Shown here in pieces: positions 27,401 to 42,400 of a DNA stretch of 64,000 nt (positions within the stretch are counted from its first letter, which is position 1; each line of letters begins with the position of its first letter). The position numbers and the translations under genes were made by a program. Origin of the DNA: Dehalococcoidia bacterium (GTDB lineage Bacteria; Chloroflexota; Dehalococcoidia; Lucifugimonadales; CATOSD01); NCBI GenBank assembly GCA_965262385.1, contig CBDHFB010000016.1:3510032-3574031 (forward strand), in the 5' to 3' direction. The notes beneath the pieces are model-generated. The model had not been told where the DNA came from. It saw only the letters and a program-made list of their open reading frames with translations, and ran no database searches.

Positions 27401-30400
27401 GACTATCGCGACAGGTCCGGCGGCCCGTACAGCCGCGTGGTCGCCGTCGGGGTGGCCGTGACCGTCACCGACGACGACACCGCCGGGGTGACGGTGTCCG
27501 AAACCACGCTGACGGTGACCGAGGGCGGCAGCGCCACCTACACGGTGGTCCTGGATGCCCAGCCCGCCGCCGACGTGCTGATTCGCATTGACCTCAACAA
27601 CCTGGACGTGGGGGTGGACGCCGATGCGGGTAGGGCAGGCGCCCAGGTCTTCATGCTCTTCACCCCGGGCAACTGGAACACGCCGCAGACGGTGAAGGTG
27701 TCCGCCGCCCAGGACGCCGACGCCGCGGACGACCAAGCCCAGCTGGGCCACGCGGTAAGCTATACGACCGACAGGTCCGGCCCGTACAACAGCGTGCTCG
27801 CCGCCGGGGTGGCCGTGACCGTCACCGACGACGAGACCGCCGGGGTGACGGTGTCCGAAACCACGCTGACAGTGGTCGAGGGCGCCAGCAACACCTACAC
27901 GGTGAAACTGGACCCCCAGCCCTCCTCCGACGTGGTGATCAGCGTCACCGCCAGCGGCAATACGGACGTGACCGTGTCTCCGGCGCGGCTGACCTTCACC
28001 TCGAGCAACTGGAGCACGGCGCAGACGGTGACGGTGTCCGCCGCCCACGACGCCGACGCGGTGAACGACACGGCCTCCATCGCCCACGCGGTGGTGGCCG
28101 CCGAAAGCGCCGACGAGTACGACACCGCGACCATCGCCGGGGTGGCGGTGACCGTCGCCGATGACGACGCGGGCGTGACAAACTCCGAATCCACGCTGGT
28201 GGTGGCCGAGGGCGGCAGCGCCACCTACACCGTGGCGCTGAGCACCCGGCCCTCCGCCGACGTGGCGATTATCATCGCCGACGACAACCCGGACGTGACG
28301 GCGGACACCGACGCCGCGACGTCCGGCAACCAGGACAGGCTGACCTTCACCCCGGCCAACTGGAGCACACCGCAGACGGTGACGGTGGCCGCCGCACACG
28401 ACGCCGACGCGGTGAACGACAAAGCCCAGCTGCGCTACACTGTGTCGTCCGGCAACGCGTCCGGCCCGTACAGCGGCTTGGCCGCCGACGGGGTGGCCGT
28501 GACCGTCACCGACGACGACGACGCCGGCGTGACGGTGTCCGAAACCACGCTGACCGTGGCCGAGGGCGGCAGCGCCACCTACACGGTGGTCCTGGACGCC
28601 CAGCCCACCTCCGACGTGGTGATCAACGTAACCAAGAGCGGCAGCTCCGACGTAACGGTGTCGCCGGCCACCCTGACCTTCACCGGGGACAACTGGGACA
28701 CGGCGCAGACGGTGACAGTGGCCGCCGCCCACGACGCCGACGCGGCGGACGACGCGGCGTCCATCACCCACGCGGTGGCGCCCGCCGAAAGCGCCGACGA
28801 GTACGACACCGCGACCATCGCCGGGGTGGCGGTGACCGTCGACGACGACGAGACCGCCGGGGTGACGGTGTCCAGGCCCAGGATGAGGATGGACGAGGGC
28901 GGCAGCAACACCTACACCGTGGCGCTGAACGCCCAGCCCGCCTCCGACGTGGTGATCGCGGTGACCAGCAACAATTCCGACGTGACGGTGGACACCGACG
29001 CGGCGACGTCCGGCAGCCAGAACACGCTGACCTTCACCCCGAGCAACTGGAGCACGGCGCAGACGGTGACGGTGGCCGCGGACCAGGACGCCGACGCGGC
29101 GAACGACAAGGCCGCCATCACCCACGCGGTGGTGGCCGCCCAAAGCGCCGACGAGTACGACAGCGTGACCATCGCCCGGGTGAGGGTGACCGTCGTCGAC
29201 GACGAAATCGGCACCGCCGGGGTGAGAAGCTCCGTGTCCAGGCTGTCGGTGGCCGAGGGCGGCAGCGCAACCTACACCGTGGTCCTGGACGCGCAGCCCG
29301 AGGCGAGGGTGAGGGTCTGGATTTTTCTCATCTCCGACGGGAACGTGTCACGGACGCCGAGTCGGCTGGAATTCACGCCGTCCAACTGGAGCACGGCGCA
29401 GACGGTGACGTTGTCCGCCGCCCAGGACGCCGACACGAGGATCAGCGCGGCCCAGATCTCCTACTTTATATCGTGCGCCAGCAGATGCAGACCGTACAAC
29501 AACAACACGACATACAGCAACGTGGTGGAGGTGATCGTCGTCGACGACGAAGTTGTAGGGGTAACGCTGCCCGAAACCACGCTGACGGTGCTCGAGGGTG
29601 GCAACCGCACCTACACCGTGGTGCTGAACAGGCAGCCCACCTCCGACGTGGTGATCAACGTCACCAAAAGCGGCAGTGACGACCTGACGGCGACTCCGGC
29701 CAGCCTGACCTTCACCACGAGCAACTGGAGCACGCCGCAGACGGTGACGGTGCGGGCCGCCCAGGACGCCGACGCAGCGAACGACACGGCGTCCATCACC
29801 CACGCGGTGGTGGCCTCCCGGAGCGCCGACGAGTACGACGCCGTGAGCATCGCCGGGGTGGCCGTGACCGTCACCGACGACGAGACCGCCGGGGTGACGG
29901 TGTCCGAAACCACGCTGACGGTGGCCGAGGGCGGCAGCGGCGCCTACACCGTGGTCTTGGACGTGCAGCCCACCTCCGACGTGGTAATCAACGTAACCAA
30001 AAGCGGCAGTGACGACGTAACGGTGTCTCCGGCCACCCTGACCTTCACGACGGCCAACTGGAGCACGGCGCAGACGGTGACGGTGGCTGCCGCCCAGGAC
30101 GCCGACGCGGTGAACGACGCGGCCTCCATCGCCCACGCCGTCGACGCCTCCCGGAGCGCCAACGAGTACGACAACATGACCATCGCCGGGGTGGCCGTGA
30201 CCGTCACCGACGACGACACCGCCGGGGTGAGCGTGTCCGAGACCACGCTGACGGTGGACGAGGGCGGCCGCGGCTCCTACACGGTGAGGCTGAACACGCA
30301 GCCCACCTCCAACGTGGTGATCAGCGTCACCAAGACCGGTAGTACCGACGTGACGGTGTCGCCGGCCACCCTGACCTTCACGACGAGCAACTGGAGCACG

Positions 30401-33400
30401 GCGCAGACGGTGACGGTGGCTGCCGCCCAGGACGCCGACGCGGTGAACGACGCGGCCTCCATCACCCACGCGGTGGTGGCCTCCCGGAGCGCCGACGAGT
30501 TCGACGCCGTGAACATCGCCGGGGTGGCCGTGACCGTCACCGACGACGAGACCGCCGGGGTGACGGTGTCCAAATCGACGCTGACGGTGGCCGAGGGGGG
30601 CAGCGGCGCCTACACGGTGGTCCTGGACGCCCTGCCCACCTCCGACGTGGTGATCAGCGTCACCAGGACCGGCAGCAGCGACGTGACGCTGGACACCGAC
30701 ACGGGGACGTCCGGCAACCAGACCACGCTGACCTTCACCCCGGCCAACTGGGACACGGCGCAGACGGTGACGGTGGCTGCCGCCCAGGACGCCGACGCGG
30801 TGAACGACGCGGCCTCCATCACCCACGCGGTGGTGGCCTCCCGGAGCGCCGACGAGTTCGACGCCGTGACCATCGCCGGGGTGGCCGTGACCGTCACCGA
30901 CGACGAGACCGCCGGGGTGACGGTGTCCAAATCGACGCTGACGGTGGACGAGGGCGGCAGCGGCTCCTACACGGTGAGGCTGAACCTTCAGCCCGCCTCC
31001 GACGTGGTGATCAGCGTAACCAGGACCGGCAGCCCCGACGTGACGGTGTCTCCGGCCACCCTGACCTTCACCCGGGCCAACTGGAGCACGGCGCAGACGG
31101 TAAGGGTGTCCGCCGCCCAGGACGCCGACGCGGTGAACGACGCGGCCTCCATCGCCCACGCGGTGGTGGCCGCCAGCAGCGCCAACGAGTACGACGCCGT
31201 GACCATCGGCTCGGTGGCGGTGACCGTCACCGACAACGACGCCGGGGCGACGGTGTCCGAGACCACGCTGACGATTACGGAGGGCAACAGTTCCACCTAC
31301 ACGGTGGTCCTGGACGCCCAGCCCGCCTCCGACGTGGTGATCACGGTGAGCAGCGACAATTCGGACGTGACGGTGTCGCCGGCCACCCTGACCTTCACGC
31401 CGTCCAACTGGAGCACGGCGAAGACGGTGACGGTGGCCGCGGCCCAGGACGCCGACGCGGTGAACGACACGGCCGCCATCGCCCACGCCGTCGACGCCGC
31501 CCGCAGCGCCAACGAGTTCGACGCCGTGACCATCGCCGGGGTGGCCGTGGCCGTGACCGTCACCGACGACGACACCGCCGGGGTGACCGTGTCCGTCATT
31601 TCGGTGACGGCGCCGGAGGGCGACAGCGGCGCCTACACGGTGGTCCTGGACGTGCAACCCAGCTCCGACGTAGTGATAAGCGTAACCAAAAGCGGCAGTC
31701 CCGACGTAACGGTGTCTCCGGCCACGCTGACCTTCACGCCGTCCAACTGGGACACGGCGCAGACGGTGACGGTGCGGGCCGCCCAGGACGCCGACGCGGT
31801 GGACGACGCGGCGTCCATCAGCCACGCGGTGGTGGCCGCCCGCAGCGCCAACGAGTTCGACCTAGTCACCGTGGCCGGGGTGACGGTGACCGTCGACGAC
31901 GACGACACCGCCGGGGTGACGGTCTACCCCACGAGTTACAATACGTTTGAGGACACCGCGAACGCCTACACCGTGAAGCTGGACGCCCAACCCAGCTCCG
32001 ACGTGGTGATCCGGGTCACCTCCACCGGCAGTTCCGACGTGACGGTGGACACCGACCGAAGGACGCCCGGCAACCAGGACACGCTCACCTTCACCCCGAG
32101 CAACTGGAGCACGGCGCAGCGAGTGTGGGTGGTGAGCGCAGCGGACGACGACGCGGTGAACGACGTGGCCTCCATCAGCCACGCGGTGGTGGCCGCCGAA
32201 AGCGCCGACGAGTACGACAGCGTGATGATCGTCTCGTTTGCGGTGACCGTCACCGACGACGAGACCGCCGGGGTGACGGTGTCCGAAACCACGCTGACGG
32301 TTGCCGAGGGCGGCAGCGCAACCTACACGGTGGTCCTGGACGCCCAGCCCGCCTCCGACGTGGTGATCGGCGTCACCAAGACCGGCAGCTCCGACGTGAC
32401 GCTGGACACCGACACGGGGACGTCCGGCAACCAGACCACGCTGACCTTCACCCCGTCCAACTGGGACACGGCGCAGACGGTGACGGTAGCTGCCGCCCAG
32501 GACGCCGACGCGGTGGACGGCGCGGCCTCCATCGCCCACGCCGTCGACGCCGCCCGCAGCGCCAACGAGTACGACAACGTGACCATCGCCGGGGTGGCGG
32601 TGACCGTCACCGACGACGACACCGCCGGGGTGACGGTGTCCGCGTCGTCGGTGACGGTTGCCGAGGGCGGCAGCGCAACCTACACGGTGGTGCTGAACCT
32701 TCAACCCACCTCCGACGTGGTGATCAACGTGACCAAACGCGGCAGCCCCGACGTGACGGTGTCGCCGGCGCGGCTGACCTTCACGACGGCCAACTGGAGC
32801 ACGGCGCAGACGGTGACGGTGGCCGCGGCCCAGGACGCCGACGCGGTGGACGACGCGGCCGCCATCGCCCACGCCGTCGACGCCGCCCGCAGCGCCAACG
32901 AGTACGACAACGTGACCATCGCCGGGGTGGCCGTGACCGTCACCGACGACGACACCGCCGGGGTGAGCGTGTCCGAGACCACGCTGACGGTGGACGAGGG
33001 CGGCCGCGGCTCCTACACGGTGAGGCTGAACACGCAGCCCACCTCCGACGTGGTGATCGGCGTAACCAGGAGCGGCAGCCCCGACGTGACAGTGTCTCCG
33101 GCCACCCTGACCTTCTCCTCGTCCAACTGGGCCACGGCGCAGACGGTGACGGTGGCTGCCGCCCAGGACGCCGACGCGGTGAACGACACGGCCGCCATCA
33201 CCCACGCGGTCGACGCCTCCCGGAGCGCCAACGAGTTCGACGCCGTGACCATCGCCGGGGTGACGGTGACCGTCGACGACGACGAGACCGCCGGGGTGAC
33301 GGTGTCCGAAACCACGCTGACGGTGGCCGAGGGCGGCAGCGGCGCCTACACCGTGGTCCTGGACGTGCAGCCCACCTCCGACGTGGTGATCAACGTCACC

Positions 33401-36400
33401 AAAAGCGGCAGCAGCGACGTGACGGTGTCTCCGGCCACCCTGACCTTCACGACGGCCAACTGGAGCACGGCGAAGACGGTGACGGTGGCTGCCGCCCAGG
33501 ACGCCGACGCGGTGAACGACGCGGCCTCCATCGCCCACGCCGTCGACGCCGCCCGCAGCGCCAACGAGTACGACAACATGACCATCGCCGGGGTGGCCGT
33601 GACCGTCACCGACGACGACACCGCCGGGGTGAGCGTGTCCGAGACCACGCTGACGGTGGACGAGGGCGGCCGCGGCTCCTACACGGTGAGGCTGAACACG
33701 CAGCCCACCTCCAACGTGGTGATCAGCGTCACCAAGACCGGCAGTACCGACGTGACGGTGTCGCCGGCCACCCTGACCTTCACCACGAGCAACTGGAGCA
33801 CGGCGAAGACGGTGACGGTGGCTGCCGCCCAGGACGCCGACGCGGTGAACGACGCGGCCTCCATCTCCCACGCCGTCGACGCCTCCCGCAGCGCCGACGA
33901 GTTCGACGCCGTGAACATCGCCGGGGTGGCGGTGGCCGTGACCGACGACGAGACCGCCGGGGTGAGCGTGTCCGAGACCACGCTGACGGTGGACGAGGGC
34001 GGCCGCGGCTCCTACACGGTGAGGCTGAACACGCAGCCCACCTCCAACGTGGTGATCAGCGTCACCAAGACCGGCAGTACCGACGTGACGGTGTCGCCGG
34101 CCACCCTGACCTTCACCACGAGCAACTGGAGCACGGCGAAGACGGTGACGGTGGCTGCCGCCCAGGACGCCGACGCGGTGAACGACGCGGCCTCCATCAC
34201 CCACGCGGTGGTGGCCGCCAGCAGCGCCAACGAGTTCGACCTAGTCACCGTGGCCGGGGTGGCCGTGACCGTCACCGACGACGAGACCGCCGGGGTGACG
34301 GTGTCCGAAACCACGCTGACGGTTGCCGAGGGCGGCAGCGCAACCTACACGGTGGTCCTGGACGCCCAGCCCACCTCCGACGTGGTGATCAACGTCACCA
34401 AAAGCGGCAGCAGCGACGTGACGGTGTCTCCGGCGCGGCTGACCTTCACGACGGCCAACTGGAGCACGGCGAAGACGGTGACGGTGGCTGCCGCCCAGGA
34501 CGCCGACGCGGTGGACGACGCGGCCGCCATCTCCCACGCCGTCGACGCCTCCCGCAGCGCCAACGAGTTCGACGCCGTGAACATCGCCGGGGTGGCGGTG
34601 GCCGTGACCGACGACGACACCGCCGGGGTGAGCGTGTCCGAAACCGCGCTGGAGGTGGCCGAGGGCGGTAGCGGCTCCTACACGGTGAGGCTGAACACGC
34701 AGCCCACCTCCGACGTGGTGATCGGCGTAACCAGGAGCGGCAGCCCCGACGTGACAGTGTCTCCGGCCACCCTGACCTTCTCCTCGTCCAACTGGGCCAC
34801 GGCGCAGACGGTGACGGTGGCTGCCGCCCAGGACGCCGACGCGGTGAACGACGCGGCCGCCATCTCCCACGCCGTCGACGCCTCCCGCAGCGCCGACGAG
34901 TTCGACGCCGTGAACATCGCCGGGGTGGCGGTGGCCGTGACCGACGACGAGACCGCCGGGGTGACGGTGTCCGAAACCGCGCTGGAGGTGGCCGAGGGCG
35001 GTAGCGGCTCCTACACGGTGAGGCTGAACACGCAGCCCACCTCCAACGTGGTGATCAGCGTCACCAAGACCGGCAGTACCGACGTGACGCTGGACACCGA
35101 CACGGGGACGTCCGGCAACCAGACCACGCTGACCTTCACCCCGGCCAACTGGGACACGGCGCAGACGGTGACGGTGGCTGCCGCCCAGGACGCCGACGCG
35201 GTGGACGACGCGGCCGCCATCTCCCACGCCGTCGACGCCTCCCGCAGCGCCAACGAGTTCGACGCCGTGAACATCGCCGGGGTGGCGGTGGCCGTGACCG
35301 ACGACGAGACCGCCGGGGTGAGCGTGTCCGAAACCGCGCTGGAGGTGGCCGAGGGCGGTAGCGGCTCCTACACGGTGAGGCTGAACACGCAGCCCACCTC
35401 CAACGTGGTGATCAGCGTCACCAAGACCGGCAGTACCGACGTGACGCTGGACACCGACACGGGGACGTCCGGCAACCAGACCACGCTGACCTTCACGACG
35501 GCCAACTGGAGCACGGCGCAGACGGTGACGGTGGCTGCCGCCCAGGACGCCGACGCGGTGAACGACGCGGCCTCCATCGCCCACGCCGTCGACGCCGCCC
35601 GCAGCGCCAACGAGTACGACAACGTGATGATCGCCTCGTTTGCCGTGACCGTCACCGACGACGATACCGCCGGGGTGACGGTGTCCGAAACCACGCTGAC
35701 GGTGGACGAGGGCGGCAGCGGCTCCTACACGGTGAGGCTGAACACGCAGCCCGCCTCCGACGTGGTGATCAACGTCACCCGCAGCGGCAGCGCCGACGTG
35801 ACGGCGTCTCCGGCCACCCTGACCTTCACTCCGGGCAACTGGAACACGGCGCAGACGGTAAGGGTGGCCGCGGCGCAGGACGACGACGCGGTGAACGACA
35901 CGGCCTCCATCGCCCACGCCGTCGACGCCTCCCGCAGCGCCAACGAGTACGACGCCGTGAGCATCGCCGGGGTGGCCGTGACCGTCACCGACGACGATAC
36001 CGCCGGGGTGAGCGTGTCCGAAACCGCGCTGACGGTTGCCGAGGGCGGCAGCGCAACCTACACCGTGGTCCTGGACGCCCAGCCCACCTCCGACGTGGTG
36101 ATCGGCGTCACCAAGACCGGCAGTACCGACGTGACAGTGTCTCCGGCCACCCTGACCTTCACCACGAGCAACTGGAGCACGGCGCAGACGGTGACGGTGG
36201 CTGCCGCCCAGGACGCCGACGCGGTGGACGACGCGGCGTCCATCACCCACGCGGTGGTGGCCTCCCGGAGCGCCGACGAGTTCGACGCCGTGAACATCGC
36301 CGGGGTGGCGGTGGCCGTCACCGACGACGAGACCGCCGGGGTGAGCGTGTCCGAAACCGCGCTGACGGTTGCCGAGGGCGGTAGCGGCTCCTACACGGTG

Positions 36401-39400
36401 AGGCTGAACACGCAGCCCACCTCCAACGTGGTGATCAGCGTCACCAGGACCGGCAGTACCGACGTGACGCTGGACACCGACACGGGGACGTCCGGCAACC
36501 AGACCACGCTGACCTTCACGACGGCCAACTGGAGCACGGCGCAGACGGTGACGGTGGCTGCCGCCCAGGACGCCGACGCGGTGAACGACGCGGCCTCCAT
36601 CGCCCACGCCGTCGACGCCGCCCGCAGCGCCAACGAGTACGACAACGTGATGATCGCCTCGTTTGCCGTGACCGTCACCGACGACGATACCGCCGGGGTG
36701 ACGGTGTCCGAAACCACGCTGACGGTGGACGAGGGCGGCAGCGGCTCCTACACGGTGAGGCTGAACACGCAGCCCGCCTCCGACGTGGTGATCAACGTCA
36801 CCCGCAGCGGCAGCGCCGACGTGACGGCGTCTCCGGCCACCCTGACCTTCACTCCGGGCAACTGGAACACGGCGCAGACGGTAAGGGTGGCCGCGGCGCA
36901 GGACGACGACGCGGTGAACGACACGGCCTCCATCGCCCACGCCGTCGACGCCTCCCGCAGCGCCAACGAGTACGACGCCGTGAGCATCGCCGGGGTGGCC
37001 GTGACCGTCACCGACGACGATACCGCCGGGGTGAGCGTGTCCGAAACCGCGCTGACGGTTGCCGAGGGCGGCAGCGCAACCTACACCGTGGTCCTGGACG
37101 CCCAGCCCACCTCCGACGTGGTGATCGGCGTCACCAAGACCGGCAGTACCGACGTGACAGTGTCTCCGGCCACCCTGACCTTCACCACGAGCAACTGGAG
37201 CACGGCGCAGACGGTGACGGTGGCTGCCGCCCAGGACGCCGACGCGGTGGACGACGCGGCCGCCATCTCCCACGCCGTCGACGCCTCCCGCAGCGCCAAC
37301 GAGTACGACGCCGTGACCATCGCCGGGGTGGCGGTGACCGTCACCGACGACGACACCGCCGGGGTGACGGTGTCCGCGTCGTCGCTGACGGTGGCTGAGG
37401 GCGGCAGCGCAACCTACACGGTGGTGCTGAACCTTCAACCCACCTCCGACGTGGTGATCAACGTAACCAAAAGCGGCAGCAGCGACCTGACGGCGACTCC
37501 GGCCAGCCTGACCTTCACCACGAGCAACTGGAGCACGCCGCAGACGGTGACGGTGCGGGCCGCCCAGGACGCCGACGCGGTGGACGACGCGGCGTCCATC
37601 ACCCACGCGGTGGTGGCCTCCCGGAGCGCCAACGAGTACGACGCCGTGAGCATCGCCGGGGTGGCCGTGACCGTCACCGACGACGAGACCGCCGGGGTGA
37701 CGGTGTCCGAAACCACGCTGACGGTGGCCGAGGGCGGCAGCGGCGCCTACACCGTGGTCCTGGACGCCCAGCCCACCTCCGACGTGGTAATCAACGTCAC
37801 CCGCAGCGGCAGTACCGACGTAACGGTGTCTCCGGCCACCCTGACCTTCACCACGAGCAACTGGAGCACGGCGCAGACGGTGACGGTGGCTGCCGCCCAG
37901 GACGCCGACGCGGTGGACGACGCGGCCTCCATCTCCCACGCCGTCGACGCCTCCCGCAGCGCCAACGAGTACGACAACGTGAGCATCGCCGGGGTGGCCG
38001 TGACCGTCACCGACGACGAGACCGCCGGGGTGACGGTGTCCGAAACCACGCTGACGGTTGCCGAGGGCGGCAGCGCAACCTACACGGTGGTCCTGGACGC
38101 CCAGCCCACCTCCGACGTGGTAATCAACGTCACCCGCAGCGGCAGTACCGACGTGACGGTGTCTCCGGCCACCCTGACCTTCACCACGAGCAACTGGAGC
38201 ACGGCGCAGACGGTGACGGTGGCTGCCGCCCAGGACGCCGACGCGGTGGACGACGCGGCGTCCATCACCCACGCGGTGGTGGCCTCCCGGAGCGCCGACG
38301 AGTTCGACGCCGTGAACATCGCCGGGGTGGCGGTGACCGTCACCGACGACGAGACCGCCGGGGTGAGCGTGTCCGAAACCGCGCTGACGGTTGCCGAGGG
38401 CGGTAGCGGCTCCTACACGGTGAGGCTGAACACGCAGCCCACCTCCAACGTGGTGATCAGCGTCACCAGGACCGGCAGTACCGACGTGACGCTGGACACC
38501 GACACGGGGACGTCCGGCAACCAGACCACGCTGACCTTCACGACGGCCAACTGGAGCACGGCGCAGACGGTGACGGTGGCTGCCGCCCAGGACGCCGACG
38601 CGGTGAACGACGCGGCCTCCATCGCCCACGCCGTCGACGCCGCCCGCAGCGCCAACGAGTACGACAACGTGATGATCGCCTCGTTTGCCGTGACCGTCAC
38701 CGACGACGATACCGCCGGGGTGACGGTGTCCGAAACCACGCTGACGGTGGACGAGGGCGGCAGCGGCTCCTACACGGTGAGGCTGAACACGCAGCCCGCC
38801 TCCGACGTGGTGATCAACGTCACCCGCAGCGGCAGCGCCGACGTGACGGCGTCTCCGGCCACCCTGACCTTCACTCCGGGCAACTGGAACACGGCGCAGA
38901 CGGTAAGGGTGGCCGCGGCGCAGGACGACGACGCGGTGAACGACACGGCCTCCATCGCCCACGCCGTCGACGCCTCCCGCAGCGCCAACGAGTACGACGC
39001 CGTGAGCATCGCCGGGGTGGCCGTGACCGTCACCGACGACGATACCGCCGGGGTGAGCGTGTCCGAAACCGCGCTGACGGTTGCCGAGGGCGGCAGCGCA
39101 ACCTACACCGTGGTCCTGGACGCCCAGCCCACCTCCGACGTGGTGATCGGCGTCACCAAGACCGGCAGTACCGACGTGACAGTGTCTCCGGCCACCCTGA
39201 CCTTCACCACGAGCAACTGGAGCACGGCGCAGACGGTGACGGTGGCTGCCGCCCAGGACGCCGACGCGGTGGACGACGCGGCCGCCATCTCCCACGCCGT
39301 CGACGCCTCCCGCAGCGCCAACGAGTACGACGCCGTGACCATCGCCGGGGTGGCGGTGACCGTCACCGACGACGACACCGCCGGGGTGACGGTGTCCGCG

Positions 39401-42400
39401 TCGTCGCTGACGGTGGCTGAGGGCGGCAGCGCAACCTACACGGTGGTGCTGAACCTTCAACCCACCTCCGACGTGGTGATCAACGTAACCAAAAGCGGCA
39501 GCAGCGACCTGACGGCGACTCCGGCCAGCCTGACCTTCACCACGAGCAACTGGAGCACGCCGCAGACGGTGACGGTGCGGGCCGCCCAGGACGCCGACGC
39601 GGTGGACGACGCGGCGTCCATCACCCACGCGGTGGTGGCCTCCCGGAGCGCCAACGAGTACGACGCCGTGAGCATCGCCGGGGTGGCCGTGACCGTCACC
39701 GACGACGAGACCGCCGGGGTGACGGTGTCCGAAACCACGCTGACGGTGGCCGAGGGCGGCAGCGGCGCCTACACCGTGGTCCTGGACGCCCAGCCCACCT
39801 CCGACGTGGTAATCAACGTCACCCGCAGCGGCAGTACCGACGTAACGGTGTCTCCGGCCACCCTGACCTTCACCACGAGCAACTGGAGCACGGCGCAGAC
39901 GGTGACGGTGGCTGCCGCCCAGGACGCCGACGCGGTGGACGACGCGGCCTCCATCTCCCACGCCGTCGACGCCTCCCGCAGCGCCAACGAGTTCGACGCC
40001 GTGAGCATCGCCGGGGTGGCCGTGACCGTCACCGACGACGAGACCGCCGGGGTGACGGTGTCCGAAACCGCGCTGACGGTTGCCGAGGGCGGTAGCGGCT
40101 CCTACACGGTGAGGCTGAACACGCAGCCCACCTCCAACGTGGTGATCAGCGTCACCAGGACCGGCAGTACCGACGTGACGCTGGACACCGACACGGGGAC
40201 GTCCGGCAACCAGACCACGCTGACCTTCACGACGGCCAACTGGAGCACGGCGCAGACGGTGACGGTGGCTGCCGCCCAGGACGCCGACGCGGTGGACGAC
40301 GCGGCGTCCATCGCCCACGCCGTCGACGCCGCCCGCAGCGCCAACGAGTACGACAACGTGATGATCGCCTCGTTTGCGGTGACCGTCACCGACGACGAGA
40401 CCGCCGGGGTGACGGTGTCCGAAACCACGCTGACGGTTGCCGAGGGCGGCAGCGCAACCTACACGGTGGTGCTGAACCTTCAACCCACCTCCGACGTGGT
40501 GATCAACGTAACCAAAAGCGGCAGCAGCGACCTGACGGCGACTCCGGCCAGCCTGACCTTCACCACGAGCAACTGGAGCACGCCGCAGACGGTGACGGTG
40601 CGGGCCGCCCAGGACGCCGACGCGGTGGACGACGCGGCGTCCATCACCCACGCGGTGGTGGCCTCCCGGAGCGCCAACGAGTACGACGCCGTGAGCATCG
40701 CCGGGGTGGCGGTGACCGTCACCGACGACGAGACCGCCGGGGTGACGGTGTCCGAAACCACGCTGACGGTGGCCGAGGGCGGCAGCGGCGCCTACACCGT
40801 GGTCCTGGACGTGCAGCCCACCTCCGACGTGGTGATCAACGTAACCAAAAGCGGCAGTACCGACGTAACGGTGTCTCCGGCCACCCTGACCTTCACCACG
40901 AGCAACTGGAGCACGGCGCAGACGGTGACGGTGGCTGCCGCCCAGGACGCCGACGCGGTGGACGACGCGGCCTCCATCTCCCACGCCGTCGACGCCTCCC
41001 GCAGCGCCAACGAGTACGACAACGTGAGCATCGCCGGGGTGGCCGTGACCGTCACCGACGACGAGACCGCCGGGGTGACGGTGTCCGAAACCACGCTGAC
41101 GGTTGCCGAGGGCGGCAGCGCAACCTACACGGTGAAGCTGAACCTTCAGCCCACCTCCGACGTGGTGATCAACGTCACCCGCAGCGGCAGCGCCGACGTG
41201 ACGGCGTCTCCGGCCACCCTGACCTTCACTCCGGGCAACTGGAGCACGGCGCAGACGGTAAGGGTGGCCGCGGCGCAGGACGACGACGCGGTGAACGACA
41301 CGGCCTCCATCGCCCACGCGGTGGTGGCCGCCCAGAGCGCCAACGAGTATGACGGCGTTACCGTCGCCGGCGTGACGGTAACCGTCACTGACGACGACAC
41401 GCCGCCGCCCACCGGAGGCGGGAGTCCGCCCACTGGAGGTGGGGGTCCGCCCGACCGGAGTCCGACGTTCGCCTCGCGGACGGTAGACGACCAGGTCTAC
41501 ACAGTAGGCGAAGACGTAGGGACGGTGAGCCTGCCCCCCGCTCTTGGGGGCGACGGCAGGCTGCAATACAGCTTGTCGCCAGACCTGCCCGAGGGGCTGC
41601 GCTTCAACTCGGACCGCACCATCACCGGCACGCCCGGGGCGACGTTCACCAGGACGCGGTTCACCTATACCGCGACCGATTCCGACGGTGACCGTGTTCA
41701 CCTGCGCTTCTATATCACCGTGAGCGAGAGGCCGGGGGTGAGCGTGTCAGCCCCCACGGTGACGGTGACCGAGGGCGGCAGCGGAACCTACACGGTGAAG
41801 CTGAACCTTCAGCCCACCTCCGACGTGGTGATCAACGTCACCCGCAGCGGCAGCGCCGACGTGACGGCGTCTCCGGCCACCCTGACCTTCACTCCGGGCA
41901 ACTGGAGCACGGCGCAGACGGTAAGGGTGGCCGCGGCGCAGGACGACGACGCGGTGAACGACACGGCCTCCATCGCCCACGCGGTGGTGGCCGCCCAGAG
42001 CGCCAACGAGTATGACGGCGTTACCGTCGCCGGCGTGACGGTAACCGTCACTGACGACGACACGCCGCCGCCCACCGGAGGCGGGAGTCCGCCCACTGGA
42101 GGTGGGGGTCCGCCCGACCGGAGTCCGACGTTCGCCTCGCGGACGGTAGACGACCAGGTCTACACAGTAGGCGAAGACGTAGGGACGGTGAGCCTGCCCC
42201 CCGCTCTTGGGGGCGACGGCAGGCTGCAATACAGCTTGTCGCCAGACCTGCCCGAGGGGCTGCGCTTCAACTCGGACCGCACCATCACCGGCACGCCCGG
42301 GGCGACGTTCACCAGGACGCGGTTCACCTATACCGCGACCGATTCCGACGGTGACCGTGTTCACCTGCGCTTCTATATCACCGTGAGCGAGAGGCCGGGG

